DNA of 64,000 bases from assembly GCA_964609835.1 (NCBI GenBank), contig CAZSTH010000004.1, positions 3,578 through 67,577 on the forward strand, in the 5' to 3' direction. The first letter of the stretch is position 1. The number at the start of each line of letters is the position of its first letter. Below, piece after piece: positions 31,530 to 41,159 of the stretch. A program made the translations under genes and the position numbers. Source of the stretch: an uncultured Thermoanaerobaculia bacterium. Its GTDB lineage: Bacteria > Acidobacteriota > Thermoanaerobaculia > Thermoanaerobaculales > Sulfomarinibacteraceae. The notes under the pieces are model-generated. The model saw only the letters and a list, made by a program, of their open reading frames with translations, was not told the origin of the DNA and did no database searches.

Positions 31530-32519
31530 ATGCACGTCACACACCACGCCTACCGGTCGAGACGAACCCCTCCTGCGAACCTCCGCACCGAGGACCGCGA
31601 CCTCTTCGCCTGCGAGTTCGAGAAGGACATTGAAGCCAGCCATGTGCTGGTGATCGACAACGCGCTGATACTCAGGGATGTCATCCTCGCCCCCTGGCAG
31701 CTGAAGATCTATCTCGGTTACTCCAGGGTGGAAAAGCTGACGCTGCGGGACGTGGCGGCGAGACTCGCTCTTCTCGTCGGGACCGACATTGATTTCATCG
31801 AGTATGGCATCTGGATCATCGACAACTGGAGTCACAACTACTTCCACTGGCTGACCGACGCCATTCCACGCCTGCTGTCGGCGCGCCTCGTCGCCCCGGG
31901 GGCATCGGTGATGCTGCCGCCTCGCTACCGTTCGATCAGCTACGTCCGGGAGGCGCTCGAGATTCTGGGCGTCGAGGCCGATTATTTCGACGATTCGAAA
32001 CGGGTGTCGGTCGGTCGCCTTTGCCTGCCGAACCACACCGCGGTGACCGGTAACTTCAACCATCGGTTCATCAACGAGGTGCGGGATCAGTTGCGTTCGT
32101 CAAACCCCGCCGGCGGGCGTCATCGCAAGGTCTACGTGAGCCGCAAGAAGGCCCGCGCCAGAAAGATCGTCAACGAGCACGAGGTGCAGGAAGTCCTCGA
32201 CGGCCACGGGTTCGAGATCCACTACTTCGAAGACTACTCGCTGGCCGCCCAGATCGAGTTGATGGGCGAGACCCGGACCCTGGTCGGGCTCCACGGCGCG
32301 GGCCTCACGAACATGCTCTTCATGGCGCCAGGCGGCAGCGTCTTGGAGATCCGAAACCCTGGCGACACCCATAACAACTGCTACTTCACCCTCGCCTCCG
32401 ATCTCGGCCACCGGTACTTCTACCAGTTGGGGACCGGGGGCGGCGGCGACACCGCGAATGTCGAGTTGGCGGTCGATCCCGAGGAGCTCGCCGGGAATCT
32501 CAGCCGGCTCGGCCCGTGA
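31530..32519 (+). CDS. GT61 (DUF563) family glycosyltransferase
   Basis: NYFHWLTD, YVSR..RKIVNE, HGAGLTNMLF. Confidence 0.88.
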   Translation: MHVTHHAYRSRRTPPANLRTEDRDLFACEFEKDIEASHVLVIDNALILRDVILAPWQLKIYLGYSRVEKLTLRDVAARLALLVGTDIDFIEYGIWIIDNWSHNYFHWLTDAIPRLLSARLVAPGASVMLPPRYRSISYVREALEILGVEADYFDDSKRVSVGRLCLPNHTAVTGNFNHRFINEVRDQLRSSNPAGGRHRKVYVSRKKARARKIVNEHEVQEVLDGHGFEIHYFEDYSLAAQIELMGETRTLVGLHGAGLTNMLFMAPGGSVLEIRNPGDTHNNCYFTLASDLGHRYFYQLGTGGGGDTANVELAVDPEELAGNLSRLGP

Positions 32520-32600
32520 GGCTAATGCCGACCCGGCACGCGATGGTAATGTCGCGGCAACGCCATCACCGCGCGTCGTGACTGGAACGACCTGTCAGTC

Positions 32601-32633
32601 TTGCCAGGTTGACGAGAAACACCGACCTGGCAA
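32601..32633. terminator. Hairpin between convergent genes (possible terminator)
   Basis: ttgccaggttg-N11-cgacctggcaa inverted repeat; no U-tract. Confidence 0.3.
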
Positions 32634-32795
32634 TCATGCGAGAGACGAGCCTCTCGAGGTTATGGAGATAGGGCGGACACTCTTGGCACCTTCTTCAACC
32701 GGGTCCCTTCTCGAACCAAAGCGTCGAGAATGTCGGCCCTGGCACGCATGGTGAGCGGCTCTGGCTCGAGCATTCGCTCGAGACTTTGCGTCGAA

Positions 32796-33980
32796 TCAGA
32801 GTTCCTGCTCCACGACGGCGTGCCGAAGGACTTCGAGGATCTTCGGCGCGGCCACCTCGACCGTGAACCCTTCGTCGACCTTGCTCCTCGCCCGCTCTCC
32901 CAACCGGCGCCTGAGCGCCGGGTTCTGCACGAGCTGCATCACCGCTTCGGCGAACGCAGCAACATCGAGATACGGCACCGCACGGCCGGCATCGTCGCCG
33001 ACGAATTCCGGAGCCCCGCCGGCGTCGGCGAAGCACACGGTCGGCAAACCGCACTGAGCCGCTTCGAGACAGACCATCCCCAAGGGCTCTTCGCGTGATG
33101 TCAGGATGAAAATGTCGCCGGCGGCAAACACCTTCAGAGGATCGTCAATCTCACCGAGAAAGCGCAGCTGTGCCTTTGTAGCACACCTCGAGGCCTCCAG
33201 AGTCAATAATTCCCGAAGGTCGTCATCGATCCGCCCGATCCACAGCAGCTTGACGGCCGGAAGTCCTGCGCTCTCCAGCTGCTTGAGGATTTTGGGCAGC
33301 AGGTCGACTCCCTTTCTGAGCTCGCCCACGCCACAACCGACGAGCACCACATCGTTATCGCCGATGGCGAGCGCACGGCGAGCCTCGCCCACGTCTTCCG
33401 GGAGGTAACCGGATCGAAGGGAGCTCGGCACCGACGAGTGGATTACCGATATCAGCTTGGCCGCGACGCCGTGCCGCTCGACGAGGTTATCGCGTACGGC
33501 AGCCGACGCCGCGATGAACCTGTCCGCGAGCGACGCCAGCTGACCGGCGGGGGGGCCGACACGCCGGATGACGTACTCCAGTTCGTGGACGTGGAGCACA
33601 CGCGGCACTCGGGTGGAACCCAACGCTTGCAGTGCGGGCCAGGCGGCAACGCTATTAGCCCAGATGACATCGAATGCGCCAAGCCTCAACCGACGTCTGA
33701 GCCACAGACTCCGCAGCCACTCGACGGACGAGCCCGTGAAAAACTGTCGTATGAGCCGCGACCGGAACTGCGGCGAACCGAGATAAGGATTGAGAACAGT
33801 CGTCGGCGCGAGTTCTTCGAAAAGAGGCAGCAGCGGGCCGCCCCGGTGCAGCACGATCCGAAGCTCGAGGCCCGCTGCGCGCTGGCTCCATTCGAGAATC
33901 TCTCGGAACAGGATCGGGGCACCCTGTCGACCGGCATCATGCCCGACAGCCAGGACCTTCAACGGTTCGGGGACAACCAA
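32796..33980 (-). CDS. GT4 glycosyltransferase (intact copy C)
   Basis: HDA..GAP, HVHE, RKGVD, SREEPLGMVCLEAA; start approximate. Confidence 0.88.
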   Translation of the reverse strand: MVVPEPLKVLAVGHDAGRQGAPILFREILEWSQRAAGLELRIVLHRGGPLLPLFEELAPTTVLNPYLGSPQFRSRLIRQFFTGSSVEWLRSLWLRRRLRLGAFDVIWANSVAAWPALQALGSTRVPRVLHVHELEYVIRRVGPPAGQLASLADRFIAASAAVRDNLVERHGVAAKLISVIHSSVPSSLRSGYLPEDVGEARRALAIGDNDVVLVGCGVGELRKGVDLLPKILKQLESAGLPAVKLLWIGRIDDDLRELLTLEASRCATKAQLRFLGEIDDPLKVFAAGDIFILTSREEPLGMVCLEAAQCGLPTVCFADAGGAPEFVGDDAGRAVPYLDVAAFAEAVMQLVQNPALRRRLGERARSKVDEGFTVEVAAPKILEVLRHAVVEQEL

Positions 33981-34951
33981 TGCCTGACACCCCATACCCG
34001 GCGTCGAATGAACTCCGGAACAAATCGCGCCCATGCCCGTCGCAGCGGAGATCCGCGGAGATTTCGACGGATTGCGTCCTCCGCAGCAACATGCATTCGT
34101 GAACACAGCTCGCGGTCATCGAACCTCCGACCGAAGGCGCGGGCCACATCCATCGCGTGTCCGGGCTGACCATCCAGCATCGCGAAAACCCACGACAGAA
34201 TCCACGATCGACGGTCCGCTTCCTCCAGGCTGTCGAGCGTCCGAAGGTATCGAGCTTCACACCACGCCGGGCTTTCTCGAATTCCGAAAGCCGACTGGAC
34301 GGCCGTTTCGCTGGCAAGGTCCGGATCCAAATCGGACAGCGAGTCGCTCGACATGCGAACGCTGCCCTTGACCTGAAGCCGCGAGATCCAGAACCCTGCG
34401 TCCAACATCTGGGCGTGGGTTTCGGCAAACAGGTCTTCGTTCCGATAGAAATTGACCAGCCCCGGCTCCACGTCCACCGCCATGACCGCACGCCGCATCT
34501 CTTCGGAGAGACTCTGGAAGATCCGGAGGTCGGTTCCCTGGGTGTCCGCCTTGAACCAATCGATGCGATCTATCTCGAGGGACGTCAGCGCATCCATAAG
34601 ACTGCATGCCGGCACCTCGACGGTGCTCACGATGTCGAAGAGGTCCGACATCAGGTAGAACCCGAGGGCTTTCCGGTCGGGCTCAAGGACGCTCGAGCAA
34701 AACGGCGACCGGGTGAGGAAGAACTTCACGTTCTGGGCGCCGTCAGCCGTTACCGCCTTCGGGACTACGTGGCGTCGAGAGAAGCCGCCGGTGTCGACGA
34801 ACATCTCGCGGCTGTCGGGGTCAAATCCAACGACGACGGCGCAGCCGGCGATCGGTTGCCAGTGATGCAGAGTCTCGCCAGAGGCACCAAGATCCACAAG
34901 AATCGGCTGGATCTTCGCCAAGCGGCAGAACTCCCCGAGGTTCACGAGCAT
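33959..34951 (-). CDS. FkbM-family SAM methyltransferase
   Basis: VDLGASG, GFDPD, DWFKADTQGTDL. Confidence 0.85.
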   Translation of the reverse strand: MLVNLGEFCRLAKIQPILVDLGASGETLHHWQPIAGCAVVVGFDPDSREMFVDTGGFSRRHVVPKAVTADGAQNVKFFLTRSPFCSSVLEPDRKALGFYLMSDLFDIVSTVEVPACSLMDALTSLEIDRIDWFKADTQGTDLRIFQSLSEEMRRAVMAVDVEPGLVNFYRNEDLFAETHAQMLDAGFWISRLQVKGSVRMSSDSLSDLDPDLASETAVQSAFGIRESPAWCEARYLRTLDSLEEADRRSWILSWVFAMLDGQPGHAMDVARAFGRRFDDRELCSRMHVAAEDAIRRNLRGSPLRRAWARFVPEFIRRRVWGVRHWLSPNR

Positions 34952-35033
34952 TCAAGGTCCCTCTCGGCACCGCAGCGAAACGCTCGCAGTGGCGACCGTG
35001 GCGGGGGGATCGCTGTCCGCATCTCGGACATCT

Positions 35034-36314
35034 TCATCGCGCAAACCACTGACCATCGATCATCACCGGCGCAGCTCCGTCAAAGCCCCGGTGGCCGGTG
35101 CCGTAGAAATCTCCGCTCTCCACTTCGAGGAACCCGAGACCGTCTCGTGGCCAATCAGCCTCCTCACCGCGGATCAATATTCTACCGGCGATCCGATACC
35201 GCCCGGGCACCAACGGAAGCCTCGAGATGAGGCAGCGAAAATGGCCCTCTGTTTTGTCGATTGTGAACAGGGTTCCAACGTACGAGCTGTAAAGTACAGT
35301 GAGGTCTTGGCCACTTGCGGTGTGAATCGAGAAGCTGACATCGACATCTTCCAGTGTCTTGCCGGAGTTGTTCTTGTACCCCAAGACGAGAACCACATCA
35401 TGCCCGGACCGAGCGAAAGTCAGTGAGCATCCGTCTGGCGACTCCACACTGAAGGACGAAAACACGATCTTCCCCGATCCGGTCCGAAACGACTCGGGGC
35501 CGAGCCCTTTCGAGAGCCGGTTCTCCTGGAGCTTCAGGTACTCACTCACGGCCTCCGACACGGGACCGTCGAAGTACTTTCGGCCGCCCTCGACCAGCAC
35601 GCCGCGGGAGCAGAAATTCTCCACTGCCGCCAGGTTGTGGCTGACGAACACCACCGTCCGCCCCCCACGCGCCACCTCCTCCATCTTGCCCAGGCACCGC
35701 CGCTGGAAGGCGAGATCGCCGACCGCCAGGACCTCGTCCACCAGCAAGATCTCGGGCTCGAGGTGCGCCGCCACCGCGAAGGCGAGGCGGACATACATGC
35801 CCGAGGAATACCTCTTCACCGGCGTGTCGAGAAATTCCTCGATCTGCGCGAACGCGACGATTTCGTCGAAGCGGCGATGGATCTCCGCCCGGCGCATACC
35901 GAGGATGGCACCGTTGAGCACGATGTTTTCCCTGCCGGTGAGTTCGGGGTGGAATCCCGTGCCGACCTCCAGCAGAGACCCGACCCGACCACGCAGCTCT
36001 ACTCGGCCGACCGTTGGCTCGGTTATCCGCGAAAGAATCTTCAGGAGGGTTGTCTTCCCGGCACCGTTGCGCCCGATCACGCCGAGAGCTTCACCCTGCC
36101 GAATCTCGAGGTCGAAATTTCGCAGCGCCCAAATCGTCTGCGGATCGCGCGCCTTCTCCCGTCCCGGTCGCAGCCATCCACCCAACCTGTGGAATGGCGC
36201 CGTAGCCATCCTCGCGACCGCATCGCGGAGCGTCCGGTAGACCACCCGAGACCCGATGCGATATTGCTTCCCCAACCCCTCCGCGCGAACCACGACAGCA
36301 CTCGAGTTAGGCAT
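35034..36314 (-). CDS. wzt: Polysaccharide ABC exporter ATPase with C-terminal carbohydrate-binding domain
   Basis: GRNGAGKTT, GFHPELTGREN, YSSGMYVRLAF, DEVLAVGD, about 150-aa C-terminal extension. Confidence 0.93.
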   Translation of the reverse strand: MPNSSAVVVRAEGLGKQYRIGSRVVYRTLRDAVARMATAPFHRLGGWLRPGREKARDPQTIWALRNFDLEIRQGEALGVIGRNGAGKTTLLKILSRITEPTVGRVELRGRVGSLLEVGTGFHPELTGRENIVLNGAILGMRRAEIHRRFDEIVAFAQIEEFLDTPVKRYSSGMYVRLAFAVAAHLEPEILLVDEVLAVGDLAFQRRCLGKMEEVARGGRTVVFVSHNLAAVENFCSRGVLVEGGRKYFDGPVSEAVSEYLKLQENRLSKGLGPESFRTGSGKIVFSSFSVESPDGCSLTFARSGHDVVLVLGYKNNSGKTLEDVDVSFSIHTASGQDLTVLYSSYVGTLFTIDKTEGHFRCLISRLPLVPGRYRIAGRILIRGEEADWPRDGLGFLEVESGDFYGTGHRGFDGAAPVMIDGQWFAR

Positions 36315-37192
36315 CAGACGATGTCCGCGAAGCTGCTCTCGGTCCGCCGAAAGTACATGACACCCAGCAACAAGCCGCAAAGCGTGACCACGACACCGGG
36401 AAGCACCCACACCGCCGGGAAGCCGCTGCCGCCGAAGACGCCCCAGCGGAACCCCTCGATCACTCCGACCATCGGGTTGAGAGCATAGACCCAATCGGGG
36501 ATGCCCCGTCGGTTGAGGCCCTGCATCAGATCGGCCGCCGGATAGATGACCGGCGACAGAAAGAGCCAGATCTGGACGGCGAACGGCACCACGAAGCGGA
36601 CATCGCGAAATCGCACGTTGACGGCGGACAGCAGCAGGCCGACGGCGAGGGTCACGCAGAAGGCGTATCCGAGCATCAGAGGCAGGAAAATCACGTTGGC
36701 GGACGGCACCATGCCGTACGCGGCGACGACGCAGAAGAAGACCACGAATGCGATGGCCAGGTCGACGAGGCCGGACAGTACCGACGCGGTCGGGATCAGG
36801 ATCCGCGGAAAGAACACCTTGGTGATCAGATGCGCCGAACCGACCAGGCTGTTCGACGACAGCGTCACGCCCTGCGCGAAGAACGTCCACGGCAACAGCG
36901 CGGCGAGCGCGAACACGGGATACGGCACCCCGCCAGATCCGATCCCAGCCAGCCGGCCGAACACGACGGTGAACACGGCGGCCGTGACCAGGGGCTGCAG
37001 CACCGCCCACAACGCACCGAGCACCGTCTGCTTGTAACGCACCTTGATATCTCGCCACACCAGGAAGTAGAGCAGCTCGCGATAGCGCCAGAGATCGCGC
37101 AGGCCGAGATGAAACCAGCTTCGCGCCGGCTCGATCACGACGACCTCGGCGGAAACGTCGGCGGTGACGGACTGCTCGGGATTCGATCTCAT
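36314..37192 (-). CDS. wzm: Polysaccharide ABC exporter permease
   Basis: RDIKVRYKQTVLG.LW..LQP, KVFFPR, SPVIY, NPM. Confidence 0.93.
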   Translation of the reverse strand: MRSNPEQSVTADVSAEVVVIEPARSWFHLGLRDLWRYRELLYFLVWRDIKVRYKQTVLGALWAVLQPLVTAAVFTVVFGRLAGIGSGGVPYPVFALAALLPWTFFAQGVTLSSNSLVGSAHLITKVFFPRILIPTASVLSGLVDLAIAFVVFFCVVAAYGMVPSANVIFLPLMLGYAFCVTLAVGLLLSAVNVRFRDVRFVVPFAVQIWLFLSPVIYPAADLMQGLNRRGIPDWVYALNPMVGVIEGFRWGVFGGSGFPAVWVLPGVVVTLCGLLLGVMYFRRTESSFADIV

Positions 37193-37333
37193 CTGGTGAG
37201 CTCACGTACTCGAAGTGACGCGACCGCCGCCAACTCGCCACGACTCGGACCGATTCTGCCCCGCCCGTCGCGGGCTCGGGGCTCTCGAAGAACGGGTCGC
37301 GACGGCGGGGAGCCGTCTCCTGAGAACCCATCA

Positions 37334-37342
37334 ATTGTAGCA
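37334..37342 (-). promoter_or_regulatory. Extended -10 element TGcTACAAT upstream of wzm
   Basis: Near-consensus motif in the intergenic gap. Confidence 0.55.
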
Positions 37343-37385
37343 GCGTGACCGTACTCGTGGACGGTCGATCGCGGGGGGCCACCGC

Positions 37386-38285
37386 TCACGGGCCGAGGAG
37401 CCGTCGAATACGGACACCGAGACGCTGTACGGCGAGGTCGGGCCGTCTCCAGACGAACCGCACCGTCTCGCCGAACCTGGATTCCGAGATTCCGGCGACA
37501 CGGGTCACCAGGAAACGCTGCACCGGCGGGAGCATTCTACGATGGCGCGCGTATACAGCGTCGCGCTGAGGAATCGCAACGCCGCTCGCACCGCCCTCGA
37601 CGGTCTTGCAGCCCTCCCGCAACCAGAAGTTGCCCCAAGTCTCGTCGACGTAGCGGATCGAAACCGCCCTCGAGGCGCGGAGCAGGAAGTCGAGGTCCAT
37701 CGCGTAGTGCTCGTCCTCCGCGTACTCTCCGACAATCTCGTGAATGCAGCGATGGTAGAAGTAAGCTGAAGGGTTCAGGGGAAACTGAACCAACTCGGTG
37801 CCGAGAAGCAGCTGCCACGGGCGGAGCCGACGCGGACGATTGATGAAACTGATGCTGCCGTCGTGGTTGCGCACATTGCAGTTCCCGACGAGAAGCGTTG
37901 GCTCGTCGACGCCACGAAAGAGATCGACCACCCGACCCAGGATCCCCGGCTCGTAGTAGTCGTCGACGTTAAGGATGCCGATGACGTCAGCCCGAGCAAG
38001 CCGGATACCTTTGTTAAGAGCCGACGATTGACCCCCGTCGGGCCCGGACTGAAAACGGATGTGTGGGTATCGGTAGCCGAGCGACTCGAGCATCTCGACC
38101 GTCCCGTCAAGCGACCCACCATCCATGAAAAGGTGCTCGATCGGCTCTGGACCCTGGTTTGCCACGTTCTCGGCGCACTGCTCCACGAAGGCGACACCGT
38201 TGAACACCGGAGTCACGATGGTCAGAAGGGGTCGCTTTCGCCCTGCCGCGGCTTCCGCCTGACCATTGGGCGCACAGTTGTTCAC
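37386..38285 (-). CDS. GT2 glycosyltransferase
   Basis: TIVTPVFN, DGGSLDGT, ALNKG, LNVDD, MDLDF. Confidence 0.9.
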   Translation of the reverse strand: MNNCAPNGQAEAAAGRKRPLLTIVTPVFNGVAFVEQCAENVANQGPEPIEHLFMDGGSLDGTVEMLESLGYRYPHIRFQSGPDGGQSSALNKGIRLARADVIGILNVDDYYEPGILGRVVDLFRGVDEPTLLVGNCNVRNHDGSISFINRPRRLRPWQLLLGTELVQFPLNPSAYFYHRCIHEIVGEYAEDEHYAMDLDFLLRASRAVSIRYVDETWGNFWLREGCKTVEGGASGVAIPQRDAVYARHRRMLPPVQRFLVTRVAGISESRFGETVRFVWRRPDLAVQRLGVRIRRLLGP

Positions 38286-38286
38286 C

Positions 38287-40239
38287 TCACAGCTCCCACA
38301 TCGGATCATGCACACTCATGGTCGATGCCGCGTTCTCGAGATCTCGGCACCAGAGCTCTAACACCAGGGCCTTGAAAGACATCGGCGTCGAGATCCCGGG
38401 CGGAGAGGGGCCTGAGGCGTACTCGCGCGCGGCTTCCGGCTGGAGCACACCGGTCTGGACCAGAAAGCCATCTACCAAGGTGTCACCATACGCCTCGAAG
38501 AGCGCGCGGTGCCACTCGAAGACGGGCGGCTCGAAGCCGCGTTTCCGACGGCCGGAAATCTCGCGGGGAACGATGTCGGAGAGCGCTGCGATGAGCCTTT
38601 CCTTGGGAGGCAAACTGTCGTCGGGCTTGGACCTTCGACAGGCCACCACGCTTTCGACGACCTGATAGTCGACCAACGGCAATCGGAGCTCGACCGAAGC
38701 GGCCATACTCAGCCGGTCGCATTGGCTCATCCCGTTCTCGCGGAGGTACGAGGCCGCAATCTGTTCGGTCAACGCAACACCGGGATCCAAACCCTCGCAC
38801 CACGGCATGACGTGTGCCTCATTGCAGAACGTGACCTGTTTCGCGAAACCCGGTTGGTAGATTCTCCGGACGCTATTCGAAGCGTCGATGAAATTGGGGT
38901 CCATCTCGAATAGATATGGGCGCCGGCTCCGATTCGAAAGATCTCGCCACAGCTCTCGGCACCCCCGGGACACCCCTTTCAGGGCGTGGAACACTCGCCC
39001 GCGAGGCCCAACCCACGGCGGTGCCGGCCGATCCTGGACCAGGTACTCTCCGAAAACCTCCGAGCGCCACTGCCGAAGCCGATCACGACGCCGGTTCTGG
39101 CGCATTGCAGAACGGACCCACCCGTACCCCCAAAACAGCTCGTCCCCTCCGTGTCCAGCGAGAATCACGGGTACACCGTGCGATCGGGCCAGCTGCATGA
39201 CTGCCAGGTATCCACTGCCGGAAATATCGGCGATCGGGTCGTCACGAGCGATGTTCATTGTCCGAAAGGTCTCGACCACATTCCGCGGAGTCAGCTCCAC
39301 GTCGAAGAACTCCATTCCGAAGTGGCGGGCCGTTTCCCTGGCGAGCTCCCGTTCGTCGCTCTGCGGCCGGCCGGCATAACCCACGGAAAACGCACATGCG
39401 GAGGCCGACCAGCGGTGAGCCATCGCGGCCACCGCTGCCGAGTCGAGGCCCCCGCTCCGCGCGACCCCGATTGGCACATCGGATCGGACAATCTTCGGGC
39501 CGAGATCCTCGATCACCTCACGCAGGCCTCTCGAAGGCCGGCCCGCAAAGGGCTCGATCGCGGTCATGCTCCAATACCGCCGCCGTTCCAAAGTCCAGGG
39601 TCGTACATCGACGACCAAGATCTCGCCTGCATCGAGCTTGGACACACCAGTAATCGGCGTTCTCGGCTCGGGAACATACTGGTAGTGAAAGTACAAATGG
39701 GTCGACCAGCTGTCGAGGGCAGGTTTCACGACTCCAGATTGGACAATGGCCCGCAGCTCCGAACAGAAATACAGGCCGTCGTCGGTCTCCACCAGATAAA
39801 GGGGTTTCTCGCCCATACGGTCACGCGCCAGCACCAGGCGCCGGCGACCACGATCCCACAGCGCAATTGCGAACATGCCACGCAGATAGCGGAGAAAGTC
39901 GAGGCCGTGCTCCTCGTAGAGATGCACCACTACCTCGCAATCGCTCCCGGTACGGAATCGGTGCCCTTTCCCAGACAATCGCGGCCGCAACTCCGGTTCG
40001 TTGTAAATCTCACCATTCACGAGCGCGGCCAGCGATTTGTCCTCGTTAAAAAGCGGCTGATCCCCTCCCTCTGGATCGATGATGGCAAGGCGGCGGAATC
40101 CCAACGCTACCTGATCATCGGTCAGAAACCCCTCCCCATCCGGTCCGCGATGTTGGAGTCGCGCCGTCATCGATCGAACCAGCTGACGCGGTCGCTCCGG
40201 GTCTCCATTCCGGGTTACGGCGCCGCACAACCCGCACAT
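38287..40239 (-). CDS. asnB: Asparagine synthase-family amidotransferase (probably glycan amidation)
   Basis: N-terminal MCGLCG, HRGPD, NGEIYN, SGGLDS, GGDELF.GY. Confidence 0.92.
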   Translation of the reverse strand: MCGLCGAVTRNGDPERPRQLVRSMTARLQHRGPDGEGFLTDDQVALGFRRLAIIDPEGGDQPLFNEDKSLAALVNGEIYNEPELRPRLSGKGHRFRTGSDCEVVVHLYEEHGLDFLRYLRGMFAIALWDRGRRRLVLARDRMGEKPLYLVETDDGLYFCSELRAIVQSGVVKPALDSWSTHLYFHYQYVPEPRTPITGVSKLDAGEILVVDVRPWTLERRRYWSMTAIEPFAGRPSRGLREVIEDLGPKIVRSDVPIGVARSGGLDSAAVAAMAHRWSASACAFSVGYAGRPQSDERELARETARHFGMEFFDVELTPRNVVETFRTMNIARDDPIADISGSGYLAVMQLARSHGVPVILAGHGGDELFWGYGWVRSAMRQNRRRDRLRQWRSEVFGEYLVQDRPAPPWVGPRGRVFHALKGVSRGCRELWRDLSNRSRRPYLFEMDPNFIDASNSVRRIYQPGFAKQVTFCNEAHVMPWCEGLDPGVALTEQIAASYLRENGMSQCDRLSMAASVELRLPLVDYQVVESVVACRRSKPDDSLPPKERLIAALSDIVPREISGRRKRGFEPPVFEWHRALFEAYGDTLVDGFLVQTGVLQPEAAREYASGPSPPGISTPMSFKALVLELWCRDLENAASTMSVHDPMWEL

Positions 40240-41159
40240 CAGGTCTCAAACCTCAGGAAGGCTCCGAGTCGGTGCCGTACCCGCGCGAGCACGGAAGGTC
40301 TCTGTTCGTGTCGCGCGGTCTCCCTACGATACGCGATCATGGCCCGCACGGCCTCCTCTGACTCGGCAATCTCGTCCGTCAGTTCGGGCACCCGGTGCGA
40401 CAGTGAGACTTCGAACTCCGAGGTCGCACGTGAATGCACACCGCTACCGTCGAAGCCGGTATTTCGCGCCATTGACCGCGCGGGGTGCAGTGCCATACCG
40501 CCGGCCGAGAACATGGTGGCGTACCAGCGGATGGCCCATGAGTCGATGCGACCCTGTCGCTGCAGCTCGAGCATCTCCCAGAAGTTCATGCTCCCGCGGA
40601 CGTCAAACTCATGGACCATATTTCCGGCAATGAGTCGATCCTGAAGAACCTTCGGGTCAGGTTCGAAAATTTTCCACGCGCGGCCCCAGGTCGCCCATGC
40701 CCAGCAGGTGGCTTCACGGTAGAAGAACGCCTCGGGTAGCGGATCTCTTACGGGGAACATGTACGCCGAGATGTGCATGACCCTGTCGACGTTTCGATAA
40801 CGGTCCAGAGCCCTCTCGAGATAGGTCAGAGTTATCGGTGAAAGTTCGAGATCGTCTTCGACCACAATTACGCGGCCATGGTTGCGGCACTGTACCGAAA
40901 CTCCCCGGATGACCGATTCGGCGAGCCCGAGGTTGGTCTCCTGCTCGACGACCCTGGCTCCAGGTACCAGGTCGCGCACGACCTGCCTCGTGGCCTCCAC
41001 CGCCGCATGTTGCGAGGGGTAACGCGGACCATCGCAGTAGACGGTCAGTCGGCGAACGTCGAACCCGTCATTCACCATGAGAGATTGCAGCATCCTGCGG
41101 GTATGAACAGGGCGCCTGAACACAAAAGCGGCGATCGGAGGTGGGGCCGTCGACGTCAT
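40239..41159 (-). CDS. GT-A fold sugar transferase
   Basis: F.RP.H, CDGP, NLGLA.S, IVVEDD, CWAWATW, DSWA, N.GFDGSG; TAATG coupling. Confidence 0.82.
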   Translation of the reverse strand: MTSTAPPPIAAFVFRRPVHTRRMLQSLMVNDGFDVRRLTVYCDGPRYPSQHAAVEATRQVVRDLVPGARVVEQETNLGLAESVIRGVSVQCRNHGRVIVVEDDLELSPITLTYLERALDRYRNVDRVMHISAYMFPVRDPLPEAFFYREATCWAWATWGRAWKIFEPDPKVLQDRLIAGNMVHEFDVRGSMNFWEMLELQRQGRIDSWAIRWYATMFSAGGMALHPARSMARNTGFDGSGVHSRATSEFEVSLSHRVPELTDEIAESEEAVRAMIAYRRETARHEQRPSVLARVRHRLGAFLRFET

